Assembly (NCBI GenBank): GCA_963666055.2
Contig: CAXWPH010000014.1
Location: 448,001 to 512,000, forward strand
DNA length: 64,000 nt
Direction: 5' to 3'
DNA from: Acidobacteriota bacterium
GTDB taxonomy: Bacteria > Acidobacteriota > UBA890 > WLXD01
Shown here: piece by piece, positions 7,803 to 17,881 of the stretch
Numbering within the stretch: position 1 is the stretch's first letter
How the letters are laid out: the number at the start of each line of letters is the position of its first letter
Position numbers and translations under genes: made by a program
The notes under the pieces: generated by a model
Seen by the model: the letters and a program-made list of their open reading frames with translations, nothing else
Databases searched by the model: none
What the model was told of the DNA's origin: nothing

Positions 7803-9767
7803 TCAGATCCGCGGGAACCAGCCGTGGCGCATTTGCATGAGCTCCCCGACGGCGCGGTGAGCCTCGTCGAAGGCGGTCTGGGTGAGGTCGATCCCCGAGG
7901 CATCCGTGTTGGCGATCGTGATCCGCCCGAACGGCTGACTGGCGACTTTCCAGGGCTCCTCGCCGGGAGCCCACTCCGGATCGAAGAGCGTGTTGGTCGC
8001 CAAGGCGTAGCCGTGCGGCCAGCGGTTCACGGTGATCGCCTCTATGTCGCGCGCCGGGTCGAAGCCCGCCGGCGATAGCACTCGCGCCATCTGCTCGCGA
8101 ATGCGCCGTTCGAAGTCCTCGAAGGATGTCTCCAGGAGCGCCTGTCGCACCGCGCGCATCTGCTCCCGAACCGGGGTGCCCGGTGGAATCGGCTCTCCAC
8201 GGCGTAGACCTCGAACCATCGGCTCCCAGGCGAGCACCCCGCCGGCAGAGTCCATCAAGACGACGATCGGGTCGGTGGGCGAGCGCGGTGGATCGTAGGT
8301 TCCCAGCGTGATCGATGCGCGAGGAATGATGTCGCTGTAGAACGAGCCCGGACACGAAATGCTGGAGACCCCCAGTTCCTCGAACGGCCTCCAGTCGCGC
8401 ACCAAGACGTTGGTTTTCATGTGCACGGCGCGTGCCGCGAGGCTCAGCGCTTCCTTTTGCTCGGTCGGGAGCTCGGGGCACAGATGCGGGATCATGGTGT
8501 GGTAGCAGGCCAGCACGCAGCCCTTGCCCCGCACCCGGTAGGCCTTCCCATCGCGCACGTAGGTGACCTCAGTCTCGCGGGGGTCCGAGCTCAGAAGCTC
8601 CCGTGGATCCCCGGCATGCCGTACCCCTACGGCGGCACTATTGAGCCGCAGGCGCACCGGCGAGCGCCGCTCGTCGAGCTTCGAGTAATCGGTTCGCCGC
8701 AACTCGAGGTCGGCCATCGACCCGGCCGGCAGGGTCGCCGGGATCAACGACCGCACGATCATCCGCGCAATGTCGGAGTTGCCGGCGGGAAAGTAGACAT
8801 CCGTCTTGCCGTGCTCGGGGAGCGCCGGCGACTCCGCCGGAATCGGGATCCCCAATCCCCGGAAACCCGGCAGGCCACGATAGAGCGCGAACCAGGCGCT
8901 CGAGGTATCGGCGCCCAGACACCAGACCCCACCCACCAGCGGCAGCACGTCTGGATGCACCTTGACGAGATCGAGCAGGTAATCGCGGTAGCTGATGCGT
9001 TGCAACCGCTGGATCTTGTCCTCCCTCGACAACCCCGGCAGATAGTCGCGCCGGTCGTTCCAGAGGCGCAGTAGGTCCCGGCGTACCGGCTCAGAGAGCG
9101 GCGTCTTGGCGAGGAACTCCTCGGTAGGTTGCCGGACACTGCCGCTGACCAGGACGTCCTTCCCGAAGCTCTCCTCGTGAAAGAACACGGCCGGCTCCAT
9201 CCCCAACGACCTGAACATCCCGCGATGCACGTTGTTGGTCGGATGGTCGAGCTCGACGCCGATGTCCTCGAGCATCTGCCGCGCCGGCAACGGGTAAAGC
9301 GCTGGTTGCACCATGTAATTCGTGCCGCCGGTGGCGAGCAGCACCTCGCCGTCGTGCTCGAACTCGTTGCGCTTGGCGTGGCCGCCGAAGTCGTCGTGGG
9401 TCTCGAGGATCAGGATGCGGGCGTCAGGGCTCGCCGCCTTGCGGAAGAAATACGCCGCAGCCAGACCACTGAGGCCGGCACCGACGACGATCAGATCGTA
9501 GGTCTCGCCGGTATCCTCGGCTCCATCAAACCTCATCCCGTCGCGGGCGGCATGCGCCGCTTCGAACGAGCCCGGATGGGAGCCGCGCATACCGGTGCGA
9601 GCCGGCGGGTAGTAGCCTGCCGCCTTCTCGGGTGCGTAGGTCTGTGTCATGCCAGCGGCGCGTAGTCTGGCCGGCAGCGCCAGCGCCCCGCCGACGGCAA
9701 CACTGACACCGTTGACGAAATCCCGTCGGGTGATATCGCGGTTCATTCCCAGGTCGCGGTCGCTCAT
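7803..9767 (-). CDS. Tat-exported FAD-dependent oxidoreductase, spermidine dehydrogenase (SpdH)-like
   Basis: TRRDFVNG Tat motif, YYPPARTGMRGSHPGSFE, VGAGLSG, DDFGGHAKRNEF, ITVNRWPHGYA. Confidence 0.85.
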   Translation of the reverse strand: MSDRDLGMNRDITRRDFVNGVSVAVGGALALPARLRAAGMTQTYAPEKAAGYYPPARTGMRGSHPGSFEAAHAARDGMRFDGAEDTGETYDLIVVGAGLSGLAAAYFFRKAASPDARILILETHDDFGGHAKRNEFEHDGEVLLATGGTNYMVQPALYPLPARQMLEDIGVELDHPTNNVHRGMFRSLGMEPAVFFHEESFGKDVLVSGSVRQPTEEFLAKTPLSEPVRRDLLRLWNDRRDYLPGLSREDKIQRLQRISYRDYLLDLVKVHPDVLPLVGGVWCLGADTSSAWFALYRGLPGFRGLGIPIPAESPALPEHGKTDVYFPAGNSDIARMIVRSLIPATLPAGSMADLELRRTDYSKLDERRSPVRLRLNSAAVGVRHAGDPRELLSSDPRETEVTYVRDGKAYRVRGKGCVLACYHTMIPHLCPELPTEQKEALSLAARAVHMKTNVLVRDWRPFEELGVSSISCPGSFYSDIIPRASITLGTYDPPRSPTDPIVVLMDSAGGVLAWEPMVRGLRRGEPIPPGTPVREQMRAVRQALLETSFEDFERRIREQMARVLSPAGFDPARDIEAITVNRWPHGYALATNTLFDPEWAPGEEPWKVASQPFGRITIANTDASGIDLTQTAFDEAHRAVGELMQMRHGWFPRI

Positions 9768-9968
9768 GGCTTACCTCAGGCGTGGGGTGCGATTTCGGTC
9801 ATGTGCCACTTGATGAATCCCGCGGGTCCGCCTTCTCTCCCATGACCTGCGCCAAGTGTTTGGGCTACTTCGTAACTCATTGAATCGGTGCTGGCAAGAG
9901 GTTATTGGAGCCGGCAAAGCGGAGCGTAGCCGGTCGTGAGGCTGGACTCGTGAACAGCTGAACAAGGG

Positions 9969-10610
9969 TCAGGCGATGTCGCGGCGGATCAACTCGATGT
10001 TCAGGTCACTTCGGATGTAGATCTCGATGAATTCGGGTAGCCACACGTCGTTCGCTATGAGCGTAAATCGCTCGACCAACCTGTGCTCAGGCCTGTCGGT
10101 GAGGTGAACGATACGCCATGTGTTCAGGGGTCTCGATTCGTCGCCACCAACCGCGTGTTCGACGTGAAACAGGGGCTGTCTCTCACCGGCGCGAAGAAGG
10201 TTCTTGTCGCGATCCGGAAGCTCTGCCGCTCCGATGAAAGTGACCTTCTGCTCCGTGGAATCGAGACGGACGTGTTCCAGGACCAGCCCGTACTCGGTAG
10301 GTTCGAGCCAAAGCCGCTGCTGCGACGATCTTACGAAGCACTCGGTTCCGTCGGCCGCCGAGCGCCCGCCCCAAGCGTGGGCGCTCCCATGCCGTACAAC
10401 GGAGGGAATATAGCGGTCGGGCCTCCATCCCTTCTGAACCTCCATGTCCCATAGCATGGTGCAGGTGAATAGGAGCGGTTCGCTCGTGCGGTAGCGCTCG
10501 GCGAGCACCCGGTTGACGTCGACCGGAGGCAGGTCGGACCGCGTATTGTTGGGATCGCTCCAGGCCCGCTCAAACTCGCCTTCATGATCAGACTTACTGA
10601 TCGAGTTCAT
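9969..10610 (-). CDS. Hypothetical protein
   Basis: Coherent 213-aa ORF with a GGAG RBS, co-oriented with its neighbours; no confident family. Confidence 0.65.
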   Translation of the reverse strand: MNSISKSDHEGEFERAWSDPNNTRSDLPPVDVNRVLAERYRTSEPLLFTCTMLWDMEVQKGWRPDRYIPSVVRHGSAHAWGGRSAADGTECFVRSSQQRLWLEPTEYGLVLEHVRLDSTEQKVTFIGAAELPDRDKNLLRAGERQPLFHVEHAVGGDESRPLNTWRIVHLTDRPEHRLVERFTLIANDVWLPEFIEIYIRSDLNIELIRRDIA

Positions 10611-10685
10611 CGTCGACTCCTGCAACTTTGTAGTGGCGCCCAACTATTAATTGTCTTGCGAAAGCCCGCCGCGCGAGAGTACGAC

Positions 10686-11567
10686 CTACTTCCGAAGGTA
10701 CGTGAAGTCTTTCAGAACCCTCGGCGCCTGGCGCCACGACGTATTCGGCTCGGCGACCCGCGCGGCAACGGAAACCGTGAGCGGTGCCTCGTCGAACGGG
10801 TACGGATCGATCACTAGCTGGCCGGCGCCCGCCGGGTTGAGCTCGATCGAAACTCGATCCTCCCAGCTTCGCCGCGGCACGTCTTCAAACACGATATGGT
10901 CCTCCCCGAGCCCTTTCGCTTCGCCCTCCAGCGGCGCGATGGCCGCAGCGCATATCGCCAGCGAGAAGGCGTCCAGAGTCTGTAGCAGGCGCGCATGGGG
11001 GTTTCGCTGTTCCGGCTCGAGTGCGGCGCTCCAGAAACTGTCCTCTTCGAGCCGACGCTGGAACGCTCCCTGCATCTCGCGCACGTCGGCCAGAAACCGG
11101 CGCGCCTCCGACTCCAGCTCCTTCGAATACAGCGCACGGCGGCCGCGCTGCAGGTGGTGGGTGAACTCCGGCGGCGGATCGGTATCGAACTGCACCGCGT
11201 AGAGCCAATAAGCATGATCGCTCATCAGCAGACTGGCATACGGATGCTGTTCGGCCAGCCGCGGAATGCCCAGCAGCCATCTTTCCATGCCCGCCACCGG
11301 GTCAGCGAGCACCTCGGCCAAGCCTTGCGGCAGCCCGTCTTCGGCGGAAAGCGGCGGGTCCGCCTCCCACTCCCACCAGCCGTTGTCGTGCTCAGCTACA
11401 GCGAGCACCACTTCCTGGCGCAGGCGCTCCGAGTCTTCCGACGCGGCGAAATCGCCGGGGCGCTTGAACTCCTCGTTGCCCCAATGCACCGCCATCGTCC
11501 CGGCCAGTTCCGCGTGCGCCGGCTGCGTGATCAACCATACCTCCGAGCCGCGTGTCGTCTTCAACAT
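10686..11567 (-). CDS. DUF3891 family protein
   Basis: LITQPAHAELAG, AVAEHDNGW, LLMSDH, DAFSLAIC, DPYPF. Confidence 0.8.
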   Translation of the reverse strand: MLKTTRGSEVWLITQPAHAELAGTMAVHWGNEEFKRPGDFAASEDSERLRQEVVLAVAEHDNGWWEWEADPPLSAEDGLPQGLAEVLADPVAGMERWLLGIPRLAEQHPYASLLMSDHAYWLYAVQFDTDPPPEFTHHLQRGRRALYSKELESEARRFLADVREMQGAFQRRLEEDSFWSAALEPEQRNPHARLLQTLDAFSLAICAAAIAPLEGEAKGLGEDHIVFEDVPRRSWEDRVSIELNPAGAGQLVIDPYPFDEAPLTVSVAARVAEPNTSWRQAPRVLKDFTYLRK

Positions 11568-11620
11568 GATTACTCCCTTTGACGCCTAACAGGCGGTCAG
11601 CACATCGGTCGTCCAGATCG

Positions 11621-12223
11621 TCACGCGGCGCCTGAGCGCACCATGGCCTCCAGAGCTATGCGCGGACAGATGTTGTCGTGGATGTAGTCGAGGAGGCTCG
11701 TGGCCACGCCGCGGATCCGTTTCTCCGTGGCCTCATCAAGGCAGTTGCCCTCTTCGTCGAAGACTTTCTGGACTCCGGCCACAGAGACCGGCCCCGGCAG
11801 GACGATGGCCCCAACGTGGGAGCAAATGCCGCGCAAGGCCTCGAGCGACTTGATGGCGCCGATCTGGCCAGCCGCTACCCCGAGCAGCGCAACGGGCTTG
11901 CCCGCCAGGACGGACGGGAATCCCAAGTTCTCGATCACCAGCTTGATGACGCTGCTGTAACCACCGTGGTACTCGGGCGTGGAGAGGATGACGCCGGTAG
12001 CCTGAGAGACGGCCTCACGCAAACTCTCGCCGGAGCCGTCTGTGTCCTCCCGTCCCGGAAAAGGAAGCGTCAGGGTGGATGGGTCGATTACCTCCACCGT
12101 GGCATCGTCGCGCCGGCGGATCTCAGCGGCGACCAAGTTGAGGGCCTTGCCAGTGTAGTTGCCGGGCCTCACGGTGCCGATCACCGCGACGATGCGGATC
12201 CCTGCTTTTGATCCCGTGCTCAT
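11621..12223 (-). CDS. NADPH-dependent FMN reductase
   Basis: GTVRPGNYT, TPEYHGGYSSVIKLVIE, GKPVALLG. Confidence 0.9.
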   Translation of the reverse strand: MSTGSKAGIRIVAVIGTVRPGNYTGKALNLVAAEIRRRDDATVEVIDPSTLTLPFPGREDTDGSGESLREAVSQATGVILSTPEYHGGYSSVIKLVIENLGFPSVLAGKPVALLGVAAGQIGAIKSLEALRGICSHVGAIVLPGPVSVAGVQKVFDEEGNCLDEATEKRIRGVATSLLDYIHDNICPRIALEAMVRSGAA

Positions 12224-12269
12224 GATCTGTCTCCTCCTTACAAGGTTTACCTCGCGGCGTGCACGTGCC

Positions 12270-12342
12270 GGGGCACACGTTCTGTTCTCATCTCGCGATG
12301 AGGGGAGCCCCGGCCAGGGCCGTTCAAGAGCTCGCCGGCACG
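12270..12342 (+). pseudogene. Tyrosine recombinase remnant
   Basis: HTFCSHLAMRGAPARAVQELAG matches the RHTF...LGH box II. Confidence 0.7.
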
Positions 12343-12377
12343 GCGCTGGCGTCTCGACCTAGAACTAGTGCTCCTGA

Positions 12378-12929
12378 TCATAAGTACGGTGACGTTGCAG
12401 GAGCGAGATGTGGGAGAAAATCAAGGAAGCGCGAGGTAGGCGATGTCTGGGGCCATCGTGGAGGAGCGCTGACGCGGAGTTCGCCCACATATCGGTCCTG
12501 CCCTCGGCTGGTTCCGGCATCGTCGACCAGCCTCATCCTGCCGTTCTCGAAGCCGCCATTGATGTATAGCGGTGCCCCGTCAACATCGATCCATGTTTGG
12601 TGCCACTTGCCGTTGGCAGCATCGTAGAAGTTGTAGCTAGAACCGCGATGACCCGTGCTCCCGCGCCAGCTTTCGTGCAGAGCACAGCCGCCCAGGACCT
12701 TGTCGATTCGATTGCTCCCGACTCGCTGTCCCTGCGGGTTGAAGACCTCCCAATCGCCGATCCAGAAATCGAACTGCCGATGTTCGGGCGTCGAGCACGG
12801 ACGCTGCTGCTGCTGCGGGCTGGCCGGCAAGGTGGCGTCGCGCTCAGGCTCGATGAGCGCTTGAGGATTCGCGGGGGCGGCCGCCAACAGTACGACGGCG
12901 GTGATCAGGGCAGTGTGTCGGATCTGCAT
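12378..12929 (-). pseudogene. Secreted DUF1579-like protein, 3'-truncated
   Basis: Signal peptide, C..PEHRQFDFWIGDWEV, KWHQTWID; similarity is lost after about 12520. Confidence 0.6.
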
Positions 12930-14773
12930 GATGATGCTCCCGGGGATGACGTGTGGGCGTCTTCGGTCGATCCTTCGAAGCCGCGCCAACTCCTGTCGAA
13001 TACGGCCTTCTGCTTGTCGTAATGCGGATCGTCCTCAATGGTCTTGAGCAGGCGCCAATACGATTTGTAGGTGGTGTAGTTCTCGAGCACATCGAGGATG
13101 AACCCCTCCTCGATGGCCTGGCGCATGCTATACAGATGAAAAGGGTGGAACTCGCCTGCGTCGTCCCTCCTGCCAAACAGCTCGAGGGTCTTCTCCTTCG
13201 GAGTGGCGGTGAAGGCGAAGAAGCTCATGTTGGGTGGGAAGCGCCGTCCCTCGGCAGCCTCGACCCATAGGCGCTGGCCGTCGTCTTCCTCTTCGCCCAG
13301 ATCAGCGCGGGCCGCCGCCTCGAGGCTATCGGCCGTGAAGACGCGCTTGATGGCCTCGGGGCTGTCGCCCGCCTGTGAGGAATGGGCTTCGTCGACAATC
13401 ACCGCGAACTGGCCACCGGGCACCTCTTGGGCGGGACCGAGTGCCTTGCCCTGCTTGGCGTCCTTGCGCGCCATCTCGCGAATCGCCTCCAGCATGGCAG
13501 GGAACTTCTGTAGCGTCGTCACGATGATGGTCTTGCCGGAGGCCACAGCTTCTCTCAGCTGGCGCGAGGTCGTATCGATGTTCTCCACCACCCCGAGGGT
13601 CTGCTCGAATTGGCGCACGCTGCGCTGTAGTTGACGGTCGAGAACCCGGCGATCGGTGATCACGAGGATGGAGTCGAAGACCCGGCGATCGTCGCGGTCG
13701 AAGAGGAGCGAGAGCTGGTGGGCAAGCCAGGCGATCGTAAAGCTCTTGCCGCTGCCCGCCGAGTGCTGGATGAGGTAGCGCTGCCCCGGGCCGCGGCGAC
13801 GCGCATCGGCCACCAGCTTGCGTACCGCCTCGAGTTGCTGGTAGCGGGGGAAGATAATGAATCGCTTGCCCGTCTTGCGGCCCTTGTCGTTCTCTTCCTC
13901 CACTTCGTGGATGAACTGGCGGATCAGGTCCAGCACGCTGTCGCGCGCCCAGATACGTTCCCACAGGTAGCGGGTGGCGTAGCCTTGCTCGGTGGGAGGC
14001 ACCGGAGGGTTGCCAGCGCCGCGGAATTTCCCCTGGTTGAAGGGCAGGAACAGGGTCTTCTCACCTCGCAACACCGTGGTGACGTAGACGAGATCGGGAT
14101 CAACGGCGAAATGGGCCAGGCAGCGCCCGTAGGTGAAGAGCGGCTCACGGGGGTCGCGGTCTTCTTGGTACTGCTCGATGGCGTCCTGGACATTCTGCCC
14201 GGTAAGCGGGTTCTTGAGCTCCGCAGTGAAGATCGGAATGCCGTTCAGAAACAGTCCCAGGTCGACGCTGGGCCCGGTCAGTTTCTTGTCCTCGTCGTCG
14301 CTGGTCGGCCGGTAATACAGCTGGCGCAGCACGGCAAAGAGGTTGGCGGCGTGTAGTCGTTGGAGCTCCTCGTTGAGCCCGCTCGGCGGCCGGAAGTAGG
14401 CGAGCTGGAACCTACAGCCCGAGTCCTTGATACCGTTGCGAAGCACATCGAGGGCGCCCCGCCGACCGATCTCGCGGGAGAGGCGCTTCAGGAAGCGGTC
14501 CCGCAAATCCGCCCCGTGGTGCTGCTCGAGCTTCTCCCACTCCTTCGGTTGGGTGGCGAGGATGAAGTTGAGGACGTCCACCGGGACGAGGCACAGCCCT
14601 GCTTCGTAGTCGCGGGACGAACGCTTGCGGTAACCGCCAGGCGCGTCCTCGCCGTAGGTGGGCGCCACCTCGCGCACGAGCGACGAATCGCCCACGCAGG
14701 CATCCGGCCCACGCTCGAGCAGCGCACACTCGATAGCGTCTTCGAAGGCGCGTTCCGAGATCTCGGGACTCAT
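12905..14773 (-). pseudogene. hsdR: Type I restriction subunit R, truncated (helicase C-terminal half missing)
   Basis: AELKNP, QHSAGSGKS, DEAHSSQ, FTATP. Ends after YDKQKA at about 600 aa, whereas the paralog at 56360-59360 continues for about 400 aa more. Confidence 0.85.
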
Positions 14774-16113
14774 GCGACTTTCACTCGAACGTCGATCTTG
14801 CCGGTGACTGCCGCGGAAATAAGGGAGGTGCGGAGTTCCGCGAGCCTCTCTATCGCGGTGCCAATTCGCGCGACCACCTTCTGCAGATGTTCAAGCTGAC
14901 AGTTCAAGCGATTCGCGAGCACTTGCTGTTCCGCAATCGGAGGAATAGGGACGGTCGCATTTCGCAGGTCCACGAGATGAATGTGAGGCAGCGCTGATCC
15001 GACCTTTGTTGACTGAAGTTGCTCTTGCACAGGGCAAGATTCAATAGCGAACCGCATGAAGTCAGAGGCAATGTTCTCGGTGCGGAGCTTCATCAGAGCG
15101 ACCGAAACGAAGATGCTGAACTCGTGGTCTGTGTCTACTACGCGCGGGATTCCCAGTGTCGCGCCGTCCTTTGTGAGGAGAATGTCACCCCTCTGCGGAT
15201 TCGCACGTTTCACGAATTCCCGGTGATCATCTTCTGAGATGTAGTTGAGGTCGTCGAACGATATTCCTTCCGCCCTACTAAGGTTCTTCACTGTTACGAA
15301 CGGCACGCCCACTTCCACATACCTGGGGGTGTGATGAACACCGTCAACAATTCGAGTACACAGGAACTTTGTTCGAGAGGTCCCCCAATGCGCTGGGATC
15401 TCGCCCAACCACTCGATACCGGAGTCCTTCATGGGGGCGCTCGGGTCGAGGCCCTTGGTGACGGCGTGGCTGATGAGGGCGTTGCGCTGCTCTTGGAGCA
15501 GCTTGATCAGCTCCTCCTTCTTCGCCACCAACACATCAATCTTCCCTGTCTCCCGAGTCAGGAACGCCACGATAGCTCGCTGTTCGTTGAGAGGCGGCAG
15601 CGCCGCCTCGCTGTTCGCGACCCGTTCGGGATTGGCGCGCGGCATCTTGGCGCCATACGTTGCTGCGTTGATCCAGGCAACGAACCCGCGACTCAGGAGT
15701 TGGTAACAGAGAAACTCCGGCTCTATCTCCGGCGAGGCCCTCAGAACCAGAAGTTCGGTTGAGCAGGTCCCCGAGGAGCGGGTCCGAACTACCTTTGCTA
15801 GATAAGGTCGGAGCTTGCCGAACAGCACATCGCCCTTGAGAAATCTGGCCGTTACGCTCTCGGCGATTTCGCGGCCCTTGGTTGCCAGGAGTCGCCCGGT
15901 GCCGGATTCAATGTGCTCGAGACCAACGTACGGAGTATCTGGCTCTGGAGCGTAGGCTCGCTCATCAGAAATCGGCGCCACGTACTTGAGTCTCTTCACG
16001 CGCCAGTGAGTGGGAACGTCTCCGATCCAAGCACAACCTGACGGCCTCATACTTGGGTACCCACTGATGGCATCACCAGACATCTCATGCCACTCGCTCT
16101 TTTGTTCAGACAT
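14770..16113 (-). CDS. hsdS: Type I restriction-modification specificity subunit
   Basis: Two TRDs, PPLNEQRAI, KDSGIEWLGEIP, LISAAVTGKIDV. Confidence 0.92.
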   Translation of the reverse strand: MSEQKSEWHEMSGDAISGYPSMRPSGCAWIGDVPTHWRVKRLKYVAPISDERAYAPEPDTPYVGLEHIESGTGRLLATKGREIAESVTARFLKGDVLFGKLRPYLAKVVRTRSSGTCSTELLVLRASPEIEPEFLCYQLLSRGFVAWINAATYGAKMPRANPERVANSEAALPPLNEQRAIVAFLTRETGKIDVLVAKKEELIKLLQEQRNALISHAVTKGLDPSAPMKDSGIEWLGEIPAHWGTSRTKFLCTRIVDGVHHTPRYVEVGVPFVTVKNLSRAEGISFDDLNYISEDDHREFVKRANPQRGDILLTKDGATLGIPRVVDTDHEFSIFVSVALMKLRTENIASDFMRFAIESCPVQEQLQSTKVGSALPHIHLVDLRNATVPIPPIAEQQVLANRLNCQLEHLQKVVARIGTAIERLAELRTSLISAAVTGKIDVRVKVA

Positions 16114-17089
16114 TTCTGTCCACTCCGCCAAGGCCGCGCGCCCCAAACTCGCCGTGCCCACGCGTCGTTTGCCACGGGCCTCCCCTGGGCCATGCTCGAG
16201 CGAAGTCGTCACCGTGCGCCAGGCTCTCTCGCAACGGCCCGAGGAACGCGATCACTCGCTCACCCACATCTGCGAAGGAGTCGGGGACTTCTAGTCTCAC
16301 AAAGGAATTCTGTCGAAACGCCTGCCACATCTGGGTGCGACGCTCGTCCTGATAGAACATGGGGCTTAACGCCTCGGGCACAGCGTCCCCCATCGGCGTC
16401 CCGCGCTGCCGGAAAGTCTCGTCGACTGCCGTCTGCAGCGTCTCCCCGTCGAAGTCGAACTGCTGCGAAAGAACGACCACATCCCAGAAGTCCTTCATGC
16501 GCGTGTTGCCCACACCGAGACTCACCATCGCCTCGAACTTCTCGGCGATCACGGTCTCGCGCGGATAGACCCAGACGCGCGGAGCGGCATGATCGAGCAG
16601 CGTCGGATACTCGGCCACCTCGCGGCCGGGGTGGATGGTGTCGCCGAAGCCGACATCGACCTGGAGCGGTATCCTCGCGTTGCCGAGTTGGAACACGAGC
16701 TTCACGCGCAGACCTGCGTCACCATGCTCACTGCGAATGTCTTCGATGCGAATCGTGGCCGGATCGAAGGTGAGGCCGTCCCGGGGATCCTCGATAGCGC
16801 AGATTGCTGCGATGGCCTCGCGGATGGCCTCGTGGTCAGCTGCCCCGGTGCCGAGGAGATCCACATCGCGGGTGGCCCGGAACTCGTCGCCGCCCCAGAT
16901 CAGAAAGAGAGCCGCGCCCTTCAATGTGAAGCGGTCGACCTCGCTGGAAACGCCGAGTCGATAGAGGAATCGCTCTGCCGCGTAGCGCTGCAGGACGAGG
17001 TCGAAGACCGCGTTGTTTGCGTCCGCCCAGTTCTTGAGCCGCTGGCGCACCGACGCGACGACATTCTTGATTTTATTCGCGTTTGTCAT
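16106..17089 (-). CDS. abiEii: AbiEii nucleotidyltransferase toxin (type IV TA)
   Basis: ERFLYRL, LKGA, RATRDVDL, VDVGFGD, AEKFEAM, NTRMKDFWD. Confidence 0.9.
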   Translation of the reverse strand: MTNANKIKNVVASVRQRLKNWADANNAVFDLVLQRYAAERFLYRLGVSSEVDRFTLKGAALFLIWGGDEFRATRDVDLLGTGAADHEAIREAIAAICAIEDPRDGLTFDPATIRIEDIRSEHGDAGLRVKLVFQLGNARIPLQVDVGFGDTIHPGREVAEYPTLLDHAAPRVWVYPRETVIAEKFEAMVSLGVGNTRMKDFWDVVVLSQQFDFDGETLQTAVDETFRQRGTPMGDAVPEALSPMFYQDERRTQMWQAFRQNSFVRLEVPDSFADVGERVIAFLGPLRESLAHGDDFARAWPRGGPWQTTRGHGEFGARGLGGVDRNV

Positions 17090-17706
17090 CGCGCCAGCGC
17101 CTCCAGGTACGGGGTGATGACGGATGTCGACTTGCTCGTGCGACAGACTTCGTCGGCTCGAGCGATCTCCGCCGGGGTGGCCTTGCGCTGGCGAATGGCA
17201 TCGCGCAGCGCTTCGATGGCTATGTCTTTGCCCACGAGGCGGAGCTTCCAGGGGTGGAAACAGTCGGCCACGGTGCGGGCAGGATTGGTTATGCGGGCGG
17301 GGACGCCTTCCAGCCGCACCTCCTCCACGCCGTATTGAAGTTGGGCGGCATTGAACCGAACGACCCGGACCGGCAGCTCTGGAATGTGAGGCGCCCGCGC
17401 CTTGCGGGCGATTCCGATCCAGACCTTGCGTGGAAGCTGGGTGCCGAGCTCGTGGTACCGCAGCGCCGTGAGGAGGCAGAGCACTGCCTCGGGTACGCGC
17501 GCGCTGACGGCAGCCAGGGAATAGTCCTCGGTGGGCTCGGCCTCGGCGAGGTGGTAGAGACCTCGAGAGATGCGCTCGACGACCCCAGCGGCGACGAGCT
17601 GCCGCAGCTCGGCCGGACCGATGCCGAGAAGCTCGAGATCCCGCGAGCGGAAGAAGGCTCCCAGATCAACCTGCTGGAGTTGGCTCAATGTGAGTTCGGG
17701 CTTCAT
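17086..17706 (-). CDS. abiEi: AbiEi antitoxin / transcriptional regulator
   Basis: ERISRGLY, CLLTALRYHEL, TNPARTVADCF; stop codon overlaps the abiEii start. Confidence 0.88.
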   Translation of the reverse strand: MKPELTLSQLQQVDLGAFFRSRDLELLGIGPAELRQLVAAGVVERISRGLYHLAEAEPTEDYSLAAVSARVPEAVLCLLTALRYHELGTQLPRKVWIGIARKARAPHIPELPVRVVRFNAAQLQYGVEEVRLEGVPARITNPARTVADCFHPWKLRLVGKDIAIEALRDAIRQRKATPAEIARADEVCRTSKSTSVITPYLEALAR

Positions 17707-17745
17707 AGTGCAGGGATTATGAAACTGAACACAAAAATGCGCAAG

Positions 17746-17786
17746 CGCCGACGTTTTCAGCGACCGAAAGGCCGGAAACGTCGGCG
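17746..17786. promoter_or_regulatory. 11-bp inverted repeat upstream of abiEi (possible operator or hairpin)
   Basis: CGCCGACGTTT-N19-AAACGTCGGCG. Confidence 0.45.
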
Positions 17787-17881
17787 AGAAGCGGAATTGT
17801 AAACGTTTCGAATGGGAAGTGTCTCGTGGACGCAGGCACCGGGAGCTAGGCGCCAAGCGGCAACACGTCCATCCCCGCGAT

